The position numbers and the translations under genes were made by a program. From NCBI GenBank assembly GCA_001643675.2, contig LSRY02000043.1:496001-560000 (forward strand): 64,000 bases of DNA, read 5' to 3'. Below, one piece after another: positions 1 through 12,620 of the stretch. This stretch comes from Monocercomonoides exilis PA203. Lineage: Eukaryota > Protista > Preaxostyla. The notes beneath the pieces are model-generated. The model was not told where the DNA came from and did no database searches. It worked only from the letters and a program-made list of their open reading frames with translations. Every line of letters starts with the position of its first letter. Within the stretch, counting starts at the first letter, position 1.

Positions 1-20
1 ATGGAGGAGAAGAGACAGAA

Positions 21-1520
21 GTGAGTGTGAGTGTTCTGTTTGGAAAGAAAGAATCTCCTTCATCGACTGATTCATTTGTTCTGAAGAACAGAAGTGAAAC
101 TCAAGGAAAGCGAGATGACAGAATTGTTGAAGGAGGGAAAGAGGGAAAATCTTATTGGATGTTGAACGTGATTGCGCTTGTTGTGATATTGTGGATTGTT
201 CTAATCGGATTTATTTTATTTGTTGTTCGGTGAAGGAAAGTGAAGGAAAGAAATGAGGAGCTGCAAGAGATTGTGTATGACAACATCAGAAAAGATCCGA
301 AGGCATTTGAGATGGTGACGATGGAGATGTCGCCTGAGGAGCAGTGGAGGAGGGCAGAGAGGGAGGCAGAGAAGAAGAGTGAGGAAAGGATTAAGAAGAG
401 AGTGTATGAGAGGAATATGGAACATTCGGAGTCATCAGAACATCTTCTATCTGAGAGTGGCTCAACAGAATATATTTTGGGGAGAGACTCAGACAAGATC
501 CCAGAGTGGGTGCTTGAGAAGGTTGATGAAAAGGAGATCGAGGAGGAAACAAGAAAGAGAACACCATCACCATCTATTTCATCCACTTCAACAACTGACA
601 CTTCAGACACAGAATCCACTTTTGTTCGATCAGAGAGTCTGTGTCCAACCACTTCATCCATGTCGAATCTGGTGGATGCAATGGCCTGTTCGTCAGTGTT
701 TGAAAAGCTCATTGTGGACTTGAGGGATTCGCTGTTCATGTTGCTTCATGGAAGGAATGAGAAGAAGGAGATGGCGATTGGTACTCTGAAAGAAAGAGAA
801 CAAACAGCTGCCCAGATCCTGTTCTGGGTGGCCAATCTTGCTCTCCACTCATTTGACGAAATGAACAATCCTCTTTCATCTCTTGCCAACCTCAGCCCTC
901 ACATCGTGCTGTTTTCTGAGCACATGGTGATCTGCATTGCCCTCCACTCCGACTGCTCCTCAGGCTCAGACACTTCATCCACTTTTTCTTCCACCTCGAC
1001 AATTGTCACCTCTTCCTCAGATTGCTCAGCCATCAACAAGAAAGGCCAAGGCTCACCACCACCACCTTCATCAGCATTTGAGGATGAGGATGACAACCGG
1101 AAAGAGTGTCTGCGGTGGAAGGCGCCAGAGCTGCTGATGAACAAAGACCTGGGAGCCACAAAGAAGACAGTTGTGTTCTCGATTGGGATGATGCTGTGGG
1201 AGTGCCTGTCTCTTCAGATCCCGTTTGGAGAGTATGAGGCAGAGGTGGCAGGACAAAAGATTGTGAATGGAGAAAGGCCAAAACTCGGGATAGTTGAACA
1301 ATCGCATTTGAGTTTGATTGTGAGATCCTGTTGGAGTGACAATTTTTCTGAGAGGATGTCTCTCAATGCTCTTAAAAGGGAGTTCATCAAGCACTTTCCA
1401 GAAGGATATGTAATGCTAACAATGACAGATACCATTTCTCTCGAAGAATCAAGCGGAGATGAAGACAATGGAAGCGCAATTGAGAGCGGAGATGATGGAG
1501 GCTCACCGTTTTCAAGATAA
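21..1520 (+). pseudogene. C-terminal part of a membrane-anchored receptor with a degenerate tyrosine-kinase-like (pseudokinase) domain; interrupted by an in-frame stop
   Basis: ORFs 21..233 (TM segment WMLNVIALVVILWIVLIGFILFVVR) and 240..1520 are in the same frame, separated by TGA at 231-233 (probably a former TGG/Trp). Kinase C-lobe motifs are present (RWKAPELL, VFSIGMMLWECL, IPF, GERP, CW), but no HRD or DFG. The gene probably begins upstream of the window. Confidence 0.7.
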
Positions 1521-2370
1521 AGATGGATTTTTTGCAGAAAAAGAAGAATCGAAGAAACCAAGCAGGAATTGTGATTAAAATGAAGGAGAAGGAGAAAAAG
1601 AACGATTAACCAATTCATATCATTGAATGATTCTTGCTGTCGAGTGAATTAACGCTATTTTTGAAGATGTCTTATTTATGTTGCTATTGGAGATGTTCTT
1701 TATTTGAATGTTTCATTTTCGATGCCAATGAGTTTTCGTTAATTCATCTTTTTTTATCTTTTTGTGGTTATTTTATTCTTTCTGTAGAAGAAAACAATTC
1801 ACATACATTTCAAATAACAGCAAAGTGAAAAATCATCATCAGGTTCTCTTTCATTCATATTCCTCAAAGTATTTCTTTGATAAAGAAAAACATTTTTCTT
1901 CAAAATTCTTCATTTTTTATCATCAAAGATGCTCATGAAAAAACAAACCTCTTTCTTCTTCTTCTTCTGTTATTCATCTCTTTTAACTTATCTTCAAAAA
2001 GTGCTCTGAGACCATCCTTTAAAGAGTTTACTTCTTCTTTTCTTTCTCTATCCCAGATCTATTTTTTTCTTATTTCCTCTTTTTTTTCCAAAATTTTCTC
2101 AAATTCCATCTTTCAGCACAACTTTCAATTGCTTTTGTATTTCATTCTTGCCAATTGCTCACCAAATCTCAAACTCTTAATTTTCTTTCTTCTTCCTTCT
2201 TTTTACTCATTTTTGTTTGTTTCATTCTGATTGAGTTTTTCTCTTGTTTGTCTTTGCTCAATGCCTTCTCTCGCATCCATCAGAATAGATCGGTTAAAAC
2301 CACAGCATCAGTTAAATCAATGAAGAAGAAGATCAAAGATGGAATGACATGTTGAATGAAGTTTCTATTA

Positions 2371-4946
2371 CCATGGGTGCTTAACCCGCCCCCTGGTGCT
2401 AAACCCGCACCCACAAATTGAATTAAAAGTTCATATTTTGTTATTTGTACACTATTCATTTCTAATCGTTGAGCTTTGAAAAAAATAGGACAAGAACATT
2501 ATAAAATGGATAAGTTATATTGTTTGGTGTTTGAGATAAAAAGGTTACGAAATTCATTTTTAAAACTACTTCAACAACATCAGTTTCCTGCATAACAAGA
2601 ATAATAAATTTTTAGAAAGTTCCTTATTCATTCTTCTTCATCAATTTTCATGTTTCGCAGTTGCTAACTTTTCCATGTGAAAAAAAACAAACAAACTACG
2701 ATGACAACGAAGAATAATACTTTTCGCGACATTCAATTTCTTTTCTGCTGAAAGATGGTGAAACTGCTCTTTGAATTGGCTTCTCCTTTTCCGGTTTTCT
2801 TCTTTCATCAATGTTGCTTTCTCCACTTGTATCATCGTTCATAATATGATATATTATCTTTTTCTTTTTCTTTTTCTGTTTTGTTTCTCTTTTATCTTCA
2901 TCTGAAGAAGAGCTTGACAAAAGAATGTTGAATTCTTTTCGAGAATGCTTTATTTTCAAAGTTGAGGAAGTCGAAGAAACATTTGATTTTTCAATTTCTT
3001 TCAATTTCGATCGAAGAAATGCAAGATGCTTTTCAGCATCTTCAAGTTGCTTTTTCAATTCAAAGCTATCCAAATCTTCAATAATTGCTGTTATATTTAA
3101 TTCGTGATTATCAGATGGAGAAGAACAGGTCGGTATGTTCGATGAAGTTGATTTTGCCGAGTTTGCTTTATCTGCAGAATAAATATCTAATGATTTTGAT
3201 GAAGCCGAAACACTTTGCCTTTTTGGTGGAGAATAGCTTCCAAAAAGTTCTTCACACCAATCTTGAGACGAAGAAGGAAGATGTTCTTTCAATGGAGAGG
3301 CTCCAATAGGTGCTCCAGATACGCGAGAGAGAACGGGAGCTGCAGCAACAGGCCAGACTCCTGTCTTAATGAACGCTGCCTTTACTGTTGATGGAACACA
3401 AGCTGCAGCCAAGGCTTCGGGGAGAATTTCTGCAAGTTGGGCTCGATAAGAAAATAGAGAAAATGGAGAAGGAATAACAAATTTGTTACTCAAAGTGGAT
3501 TTAAGTCGAGAAAAAACACATGAGCCACACGGCTGAAGCAAATGTGTCATATTTGGTGGGAATTTTTTCAGAATGATATAATTTTTTTTAGCTGCTTCAA
3601 TTACAGTTTCGTCATTGTGAGTTGAATGATTATCCATTAATAAAAGTGCACGATGAGAATTTGTAGGTTTCACTTTCTCTACGATTAATGGAATCCAGTA
3701 ATTAATCATGATGTGCTTGAAGATATCCTTAGTGATCCACCCGGAAGATGAAAAAATATATCTGATATCAAACGAAGAAAGAGTTCGAAACTCTTTCGGG
3801 AGCGTTTTCTTTGGCCAAAGAAGAAATCGTGGCAATGAGGATCCGTCAGCGCAGATACAAAGGTATATAGTTGCATTCGGGACTTTCGGAGCGACGGGAA
3901 CTTGTGGAGGAGTTTGACCTTTAAGGCAAACAACCAGTTTGTTCGATGATTCCCCACATGAGATTGAGGATTCATCAAAATTAAATATATCTGCAGCTGT
4001 GATATTGTATTCCGTTACAGTGCTCAATAATTCCGAAAACCATCCTCTGATGTTTTCTGGTGACTGCGCTGATATTTTTGCTATATCAGTATGCCTTGCG
4101 ATAGCAGCCTTCAATATATCACTTCGTTGAATTAATTTGTACGCATATTTTTTGTTGATTGTTTTGAATTCTTTCTTTGGTTTTGATGATTTTTCTATTA
4201 GATCCACACACTTAGCAACATGAAAACATCACAAAAACAAATTAATAAATATTGCAAACCATGTTTTGCACATCGCGAATTCGAACTATTGTCTGATTTG
4301 ATAAAAGGACAAGCACCTGGTTCTCAATTTCTTCCAATTGGTCGTTCGTAATTGTCTAAGGGTGCCCATTCCTTCCAGCCTCTCTGCCAGCTCTTTCCGC
4401 TCTTATCCCTCTTTTCCATGCATCTTTTGACACAACCTTTGCTTTTATGGAAGTTGAATATTTCACTTTAAAACTTTGTCGAATCGCGAAAAGCTTTTTC
4501 GAGGGGGATTTGAATGCGCGATATTCCTTCGTTGCAAGAACTCTGTGCAACTGAGTTGATGATAATTCAGGTTTTTCAGTCATCTTTATTGGGTGTGATC
4601 AAGCATATCAAAATTTATTTTGTTGTCATTTTGAATCAAAGATAACGTTTACAAATTTCGTTGTCTGATGCACAAATTAAATAATATTGAACTGTTTTAT
4701 TACTTTCACTAGCTCTGAAAAAGTTGCGACTAATTTAGTTTTTGGATTAAAGAAGAAACTTGCTTTATTTTGAAAGAACAAAAATTGACGTGAACTGAGC
4801 AAAAGCTTAACTTGGATTATTGAAATAATTATTAGCTGTTTTTCAAATAGCTTTCAATAATTAAGCGTCGAATTGCGTTTTGAAAGCTCATTCAAATATG
4901 AATAGGGTGCCGGTTTAGCACCAGGGTGCGGGTTAAGCACCCATGG
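2371..4946 (-). mobile_element. pogo/Tc1-mariner superfamily DNA transposon (DDE_1), full length, probably inactive
   Basis: 42-bp TIRs at 2371-2412 (ccatgggtgcttaacccgccccctggtgctaaacccgcaccc) and 4905-4946 with 2 mismatches. TA on both sides (2369-2370, 4947-4948). Internal transposase gene. Confidence 0.93.
2696..4583 (-). pseudogene. pogo-like DDE_1 transposase, two exons, with a nonsense codon and a catalytic-site substitution
   Basis: Exon 1 is 4583..4260 (in-frame TAG at 4356-4358 after GRNGHP), followed by a 49-nt GT..AG intron at 4259..4211 and exon 2 at 4210..2696. Motifs: FNFDES, CICADG, SSSGWIT, LLLMDNHSTH and FPPNMTHLLQPCG, where the family consensus is QPxD. Confidence 0.85.
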
Positions 4947-7362
4947 TAATGTTGTTCCATAATTTAAGGTGAAAATGAGTAATTGTCTATTCTTCTGTTT
5001 ATACATCAGTCTTCATGGAACATTCTGTGAACAGAAGATTTTCCTTTTTTGAAAGGATTTCGGCGACGGTATTTCTGATGATAATGATCTTCCTTCAAAC
5101 TCGTTTGAGCTTTGTTGAAAAAATAACAGAAAAATTTTCCTTTTGAATTTTAGAATGATAGCAAATCTGAAGAAGAAAAATTCCCATTCCTCATGTTCGC
5201 AAAACACTCAAATTCAAATGTCTATTTTCTTCAATTATCGAAATGTGTTTGATGTTGCCAATTCATCTGAACCAGAAAGCTTCCCATTTCTTCTCTTTTG
5301 ATTTTCTATAAATTAAAAACATTCATGAATGTTTCGAATTTCAATTAAAAAATTAAAGCAATACCTTTCAAATATTTAAACCATTTCCATTTCTTCTTTT
5401 TTACCAATTTAATGTTGGAACCACTGATTGATCTCTGTTCATCGAAATAACCTTCCCAATTCTTCAAAAAATGCATAAAAAGACGGACATAAATTTTCTT
5501 TCCCTTTGATAAAAATTCGTGTATTTCTTCTTCGTCTTCCCCTTCACTGCCTCAAATAAAATACTTGTTCTGAATTTTTCATCAAATTCTGTTGAATGAG
5601 ATACTTTCACTGACAGTGGCTTATGCTATCTATTCAAGAAAGCTGTTCAAGCTTTAAATAAACAGGAGAAAAATAATTCAAAATGAAAATGAAACACATA
5701 GAAATTAAAGACAAAACCAAACTCAAAATATTTGTTTCCATTAATATTGTCATTTCCAAGTTGGTGTAGAATAAAGAACAAAATCATTGGTAAAATTTCC
5801 AGTGAATGAAGGCACCTTTTTGTTATTCTCATGCAATAATTTTTGATATGGCGCACATAATGAATAATGTCATCTTGAAATTCCTCTAGCCATTTTCAAT
5901 TGCTTCAAACATGAGAATGAGCAAATTATTAAAGTCCTTCTTATTTAGGAAGCATAAAACATCCTCCTTTTCCGTTTTGATTTTTCTTCTTCAAAATCGC
6001 ATTTGCTGTTTCAATTGTTTCTATTCCTGAATAAATTCTGTTCAATGAAATGAAATTGCAGATGTTTCACCTCGTAAAAAGGGTTGTTTTTCTCATAATT
6101 TTGTCTATTATCATATTTGATTCTGAAATTGGAACAAATCAAGGGAAAGGATAGTGAACATTTTTTCACCGCAAATCTATTGAAATCGCAATTCAATTAT
6201 GATTTTGCGGTTTGTGTGATTTCTCAAAAAAGAAGTCATCAGATTTGTATGTGCAAAAGGAACTGGTTACCAAAACAATGAAAAAGAATTGTGAATGATT
6301 TCTTAATAATTATTCCTGTCTTTGCAGAAACTTATTCGTGGCTTGTTTGGTTGAATCGATTTTTCGAAACGAAAAACAAGAATATCAATCAGAACAACAG
6401 TAATATGTTTTTTTCTTTTTCTTTCATCTTTTGAAAGTCATTTCTAAAGAAAATTCTTTTTCTTGTGATTCATCAATTTTTTTTCCCCGATCCAACCATC
6501 AGCTTGTATTTGAAGAATTGATGTGTGGGGCATAATTTTTAATTTTGTGAAAAAAACATCGATTTGTTCTATACACTAACTGCTTTCATCAATTGATGCG
6601 TATGTAATTTTAATTGATTCAAAATGTTGAGCATGCTTCCATTATATTTTTTTGATCATCAGTTGATAAAAGAATTCAATATTTAAGGACATAACTAAAA
6701 TAAATTTATAAAAACGCAGTGAGACAGGTTTGCTCCGAGATAATGAGTATTGTTCACGATTTATGGGTGGTTTAAGTGAGAACTTCGCCCTCCCCAAAAT
6801 GACATGGAAAAAAGGGCGAAATAAAATACAAAACAATTACATTAATAATTGTAAAATGAAATAATGCATTGTCCGCTTCACTTCACCACCGACTTCGCCT
6901 TTTCGCCTTGGCCACGAAGACCAGAGGGCAGGGGACATTGCCCCTCGGAGCTGTCTTATGCAGTCAGTGCAGGGATCCGGTGAGGCGAATATAATCAATG
7001 AGCAGAAAGAAAAACCACTCTCGCTCTCACAAGGCGTGGAAAAGAAAACTGCTTGTGCAGGGCTCTGCCTCCCGCTCTTCTTCTGTATTTTCATAGCAAT
7101 CCTAATCATCACACACTGCATATTGAGGTTCTTGTTATCTTCTATGCGAATCATTCACGATCAATATCAGGAGTGCGCTCTCGATATGAGCAATTTCTTC
7201 ATTCCTGTGTATCTGCGTCGTTGACAGGTGCAGAAAAATCTCTTCGGGCAGTTGATCTTTAGTCTTTCCTTCTCTATCTCGCCCTTTTTTCTCGTCATGT
7301 CACCCCAAACTTCTTTCTCGCCTTCGCACCCAGCCGCCTATCGTCTCTCCATCCGCATTCGT

Positions 7363-7459
7363 ATTATCTCGGAGCAAACCTGTCTCACTGCGTTTTTATA
7401 AATTCGCAATAGAGCGAATCAACAAACGCAAGGAGCAGTTTTGCTCCTCAATAATGAGT
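7363..7459. other. DIRS internal complementary region (ICR)
   Basis: 7363-7404 is the exact reverse complement of 6703-6744. 7403-7459 is the reverse complement of 11468-11524 with 2 mismatches. The two halves overlap on TT. Confidence 0.92.
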
Positions 7460-8089
7460 CTTGAAAGCCCTTTACCAAATATATTTGTTTTGTTTGAGTT
7501 ATATTTAATTTATTTGTTAGTAATGATCTTAAACCCTCCTGTCTAGCACGTCATCGTGCAGCGGATGAATAGAGGGACTGCGGATGAAGGTGCGGCCCCT
7601 GTCTCTACTCCCTTTATTTCTTGGGGTGTTTCCGAGGTGTTCTCTACCGGGAATTCGTTTCTCTTGAGTTCTTTATCATCTAACCTTTTCTTCTTGCTTT
7701 ACGCTTACTTCTGTCTATGAACATCTTACTCTGAGGTGCAGTGTGTTTGCCTCCAGTCAGCTCGCTAACGCTGCTGGGTACTATGAAAGGTGTTCTCCGA
7801 CGCAAGGGTGGTTGGGATGAGGCATTCTGTAACCCAGTTATTTCTCTTTGCCTTCTCTCTTCTCAACTCGGTAAGTCTCGTTTCTTTAACTTCTTTCCTT
7901 TTTTCATATCTTCTTTTCACCCAGCTTCTGATGTATTTTCAGTGCAATCTTTCATCTCTGAATCTGTTTTCTCGATTCTCACATCCTTCCTTACTGTATC
8001 CATATCTAACTTTTCTTCTTCTCCACGAGGGGGTTCTTGGAAGTCATTCGTCAACAGGATCCATTTCATATCTTGAACAGGTTAAAAGT

Positions 8090-8816
8090 TTTAAATTTTT
8101 GTGCCACTCTTGATCCTGGCTCCCCTTTTGCGTGCATATTGCTCGCTTTCCAAACCTAATTTTTCCGTCTTGATATGTGTATTATAATTTTATGTCTAAT
8201 CGAGAGTGCGGTCAAAGGATCGTGTATTTCATACTCTCTTTGAATCGCTTCCAATTCTTCCTTTATTCTCTACATATTTGCGGGTTAACCTTCTCTTATA
8301 CCAACCACACATGTTCTTCCTTAAAAGTTTGTCCTAGCAAAATTAAACCAACGTTGGAGTGTTTCTTCTGCAACGATTAGTGCATTTGAATGTTTGTTTT
8401 TATCAATTTTTTATAGTCTTCCTTAATGTAATCTGTCTCTGCACTTCTATTAATACAGTATTCTCTTGTAATATTGAACACTCCCTTCTTAATCTCTCCA
8501 GCTCAGCTGGCTCTAAAGTTGCAAAAATAATAGTGAGGATGAGGGCTTTCCTGTGGAGTGCTTGTGGGTCTGTTGAGTTATATGTGGTTTCTTCCACTTT
8601 TGCAATAGTTGTTAAATCCCACATTGATTTGTATCGTTTGCTCCTTCTTGGTTTATCCCCCACATAAGTCTTTTGAAATATTTCTATGTCCTTTCGATCA
8701 ATCTTGGTTTCTCTAAAAAGTTGATGGACTCCAGCACTTTCCGAACTGTCTGATGAATCACTCCGTTTGAGAGGTTCGTATTTGAAAGTGTTTCGGTTAA
8801 CTCTGCCATAATCCAT
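8090..8816 (-). pseudogene. degenerate DIRS tyrosine recombinase
   Basis: ORF 8403..8816 contains RYKSMWDL...ALHRKALILTIIFATLEPAELERL, the first catalytic-Arg box with R replaced by E. Downstream broken frames give LSIRH and HAKGEPGSRVAQKF, resembling the HxxR and terminal H/Y boxes. Confidence 0.7.
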
Positions 8817-10089
8817 TTGGCATCTCTGGTTGTGAGGGGGTCGGTATCATCCATGCTCTCTCAATCCAGGAATTACTTAAATCTTCTCAGCGCTCTCCTC
8901 TTATAACTTTCACTCTTCTGATTTTTCAGTATTGCTGCTGCTATATCTTTTGCTCCAACGAATTCTCCCCATGTTTGAAAAAGGTCACTTCTTAGATATT
9001 CTCCTCTCCAGTCTTATACTTATGAATTCTTATGGTGGTAATTTCCTTCCTTCCTTTCTCATCTTGGTTCCAGGGATCATGCACTCCTGAAAGGTCCCCA
9101 GGGTCTTTATCGAATGCCCAGGCTGCAGTGGCGGGGTCCAGGTCTGCCCCCGCCAGGCTGGCAGAATCAGAATCGTTAGTTCCCTCTGAGCTTCGTTCAT
9201 CTTCTTTTGCAGTGTCCGTCCGATGTTTCTCCATTACGAACAAGCACAATCTCGTTCTTAAACAATTCTATCTTTCTCTTCCCTTTCAGAGGGGATAGTT
9301 TACAAATTGTTCTACAGGGCACCGGAGCAATCGTGTCAGCAATTATATCTAGTCTTCTCGGTGCGAATGTTTGAAATGTTTCTACGACTTTTTCCACTCT
9401 CAGTGCATGGTTCTGTTTTTTCTAAGTCCGGCTGAGTGCGTCTATCAGAATTTTAGCTGAGATAGGCGGAGTCTTCTTCTATTTTCATCACACCGCACTT
9501 TGCGGCTTCTTTCTGTATCCGCCTCTCGCGGTCTTCCGAAGTCTCATTCTCAGTCTTTTCCTCGCGTTTTTTCGCGGATTTCACCTTTTCAATTTTCTCG
9601 CAAAATTTCACGGTTTCAATATCTGCACCTATCTCGCAAAAGTGTAATGTTTATTATCGTATTATCAAATCTCAATTTCTCTCAATTTCTTTCTCTCCTT
9701 ATCTCACAGCAAACTCAGCTCTCTCTTCATATTCACTCTTTCGATCTTCAATGGTTTGTTACTCCACAACAATCTCGCGACAATGCATGTACCTTTTTCC
9801 TCTCTTAGTCCCGTTAAATTTCGCTGTTTCACATTTGTGATAATTTCTCTTGTAATGAATCGTATCCTTTCCAATAATAAATTTATGATATTTCACTCTT
9901 TCAGTTTTGATATTTTGTAGTAATGCAGCATGTCTATATTTCCTTTGCAAAAGCCTATCGATTTTCTGAGCATTCTATCTCTATTATCATCTCACTGCGA
10001 AGCGCTGTTCTCTGCTCTATCTCCCCTCATGATCTCGCGATTGAACGCGGTTTCTCTCTTTCATCTCATGGACAAGCTGCTGAGTGCAG

Positions 10090-10850
10090 TTCTCTTTTCT
10101 CTCTCTTTTCTCATAATCTCGAGATCAAACTCGGTTTGATTCTTTGTAACTCTTTCTCGAATATGTGCAACTTCATTTTAATTATATATATTTCGTTGTG
10201 ATAGAATTATCTTTCCATTAATATCTCGCTGTAATCCATGTATCGATTTTCACAAATATCCCTGCATTATAAAAATATATATATTTCGTCATTGTATTTA
10301 TCCGTATCAAGTGGAACTGCGCGGCTCTTTTCCTAAATAATCTTCTTTTGATATTTAGCAGATTCTCTATTTATCCATCTCTCGCATAAATACGCGGCTC
10401 TTCAATCCATTAATCAAATCGTGATCTCGCGGCAAAGCGCGGCTCTTTCTTCTCTCTCTCCTTTCTCTTCTCTCTCTCCTCTCTCTTCACTCTTGGTCTC
10501 GCGGTAAAACACGGTTTTCTATTCTATCTCTTTTCATATGATAACGAGATATAACTAAGTTTGATTCTCTATAATTTTAGTTCGAATATGCACAGCTTCA
10601 ATTTAACTTAATTATTTAACAACTGTTATAAAATTATCCTTGTATAAATATATCGCTGCAATATGTGTATAGATCTTCACAAATATCCTTGTAAATATAT
10701 ATGTGTATATGTTTTGTTGCTGCATTTATCCATATTTCTCCGAATTGCCCTATTCCTTTCCATTGTAATCTTCTTTCGCTATTTTGTAGAATCTCTATTT
10801 ATCCCTATCTCGCTGCAATCTACGGCTCTTTTTCCACTTTAGTCTGCATA
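10090..10850. repeat. diverged tandem duplication (~430-bp period) inside the DIRS element
   Basis: Approximately 10090-10400 and 10516-10850 align by eye, e.g. cgagatcaaactcggtttgattct vs cgagatataactaagtttgattct, cacaaatatcc in both, and tctctatttatcc in both. Confidence 0.7.
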
Positions 10851-12339
10851 AATATTTTTCTCTCTTTTGTTATATCATTCTTCGAAATAATCTCTTGATA
10901 TTGCGTATCTTCATTTCAATTGATTGTATCTTTAATAAAAGGAGATTCTTTCTCAATTGTAAACTCTTTGCAATATGTGGATATATCTTCTTTAATTCTT
11001 GAATTATCTTGCGATTTCTAAATTTTCCTATATCTCGTTGCATGCATGGCTCATTTTCCTTATAAATGAACAAAATATTTTGTAGTTTCATTTTCTTTAA
11101 AAATCTATTGAAATACATATCTTCATTTTGCATAAATATCTCACAGATATCTTAATTTCAGTTTTCTATTTTGTAGCTTCTATTCTTGTATTGTCTTTTC
11201 ACTGTGCACGGCTCTCTATTCATCTTTATCAGCTGTGCACTTCCTTCTATTCTCGAAGATGTATTTCAAGGTAAGGACCTGGTAAGTTCTTCAATAATAT
11301 TTTCCTTTCTTACCAGTTTCAGAATTCGATCTATTTCTTCTATATCGCCTTCTCTGAATTTTTAGTAACAGGCTGTTGTTTCTTAATTATTGCGGACAGT
11401 AAAGATCTTCTTTGAATTTATAATTTGGCGAAGTTAGATCTTAAACCACCCATAAATCGTAAACAATACTCATTATTGAAGAGCAAACCTGCTCCTTGCG
11501 TTTGTTGATTCGCTCTATTGCGAACTTTCAAAGAATATGAAAAGTGTCAATTTGTTCATGCAGTAACACAAATATGCAGAAAAGACATGTTAAACCATCG
11601 TCTGGGAAGCAATTGAAGATTTGACTTTATTTGTTTGCAATTTAAGGAAACTTCATGTTTTAGGAAATGATAAATTAATTGAATATTGAGAGTTGATATT
11701 TTCATTGAATGAACCAGTCACAACCTATGTCTTTTTTATTGAATCCATTTTCCACGTATTTTCTTTTATTGTTTCTGTATCTTATTTCTGAGAATGTTTT
11801 TGTTTATTTTTGCATGCATTTTCCTTTTCCGAACTTACCCCAAAAGTTGCTTCAAGTCAACTTGCTTTTTAGTTTTGCTTATATCCAACAAGCAAAACAA
11901 ACTGTTCAATAACTTTTTATTAGTTCAACAGATAAAAGCTATCAAACATTGACTTTCAAACAAGAAAAAAATAAAAACAAAAAAGTCAAGAGTTCAATTT
12001 TTATATCTTCTTTAAAGTATTTGTAAATTCATTTAATTGCAATTAAAACAGTGACAAAAATCGAAAAATCTATCAAATGCTTGAAAATATTTGAAGTAAT
12101 ACAAAATCGAAGCATATAAAGTCTAATTCACTGTTTGTAATTTTAATCTTTTCTACATGATTAAATGCACCAAAAAAAAAAACAATCTTTATCATTTTTC
12201 AAACAAAAACTTGCATCATTTTCATTCTAAAATGCAAAATCGTATTCCCATTTTTCAATTTATAAATTTTTCATCTTTTATCCACTCAAATAGTTTTTTC
12301 TTCACTGGCTCTTTATAAATCTTCTTCCATTTTATAACC

Positions 12340-12620
12340 CTCCTCTTTTTGCAGCATCGTCTAGTGTTCATAAAGCAATGCAAATAATCCTTAATGTTTT
12401 TTATCCTCTAAAGTTGATTGATGAAATCTTCTATATGAATTGAGAGATATGGCTTTAACGTTTAACAAATCATCGACCATGAAAAATCTGTTTCCTTCCT
12501 CATCAATTAGAAATGAATAAATGCAATGAACACAAATTGCTCGGCAATTTTCCTCAGGCGCTTGAATAAAAGAACAATGCAACTTTGCTGTCCAACAAGC
12601 TATTCATTCGGTATTTCACA
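12340..12620 (-). pseudogene. decayed fragment of a lineage-expanded helical-repeat hypothetical protein family
   Basis: Fragment FIQAPEENCRAICVHCIYSF resembles, from memory, a large oxymonad hypothetical family. Similar decayed stretches appear at ~5000-6200, 58400-58900 and 60700-61400. Not verified by alignment. Confidence 0.3.

Larger units (their letters stand above)
6703..11524 (-). mobile_element. DIRS-type tyrosine-recombinase retrotransposon, coding regions decayed
   Basis: Inverted terminal repeats at 6725-6776 and 11440-11491. The internal complementary region 7363-7459 matches both outer ends. Minus-strand remnants run in DIRS order: RNase H end (DALSR, ~9430-9445), DNA-methyltransferase-like domain (ILILPAWRGQTW...PGTKMRKEGRKLPP, ~9030-9180) and tyrosine recombinase (~8090-8816). 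Confidence 0.88.

Noticed and set aside
231-233. TGA here or at 17039 as further selenocysteine codons
   Set aside because: No redox motif context and no SECIS seen downstream. Ordinary nonsense mutations are the simpler explanation.
4356-4358. In-frame TAG here and TAA at 17135 as evidence for a TAR=Gln genetic code, as in some oxymonads
   Set aside because: RPL24, the selenoprotein and the RDEL protein end in TAA, and multi-kb host ORFs have no in-frame TAR. These stops occur only in decayed transposons.
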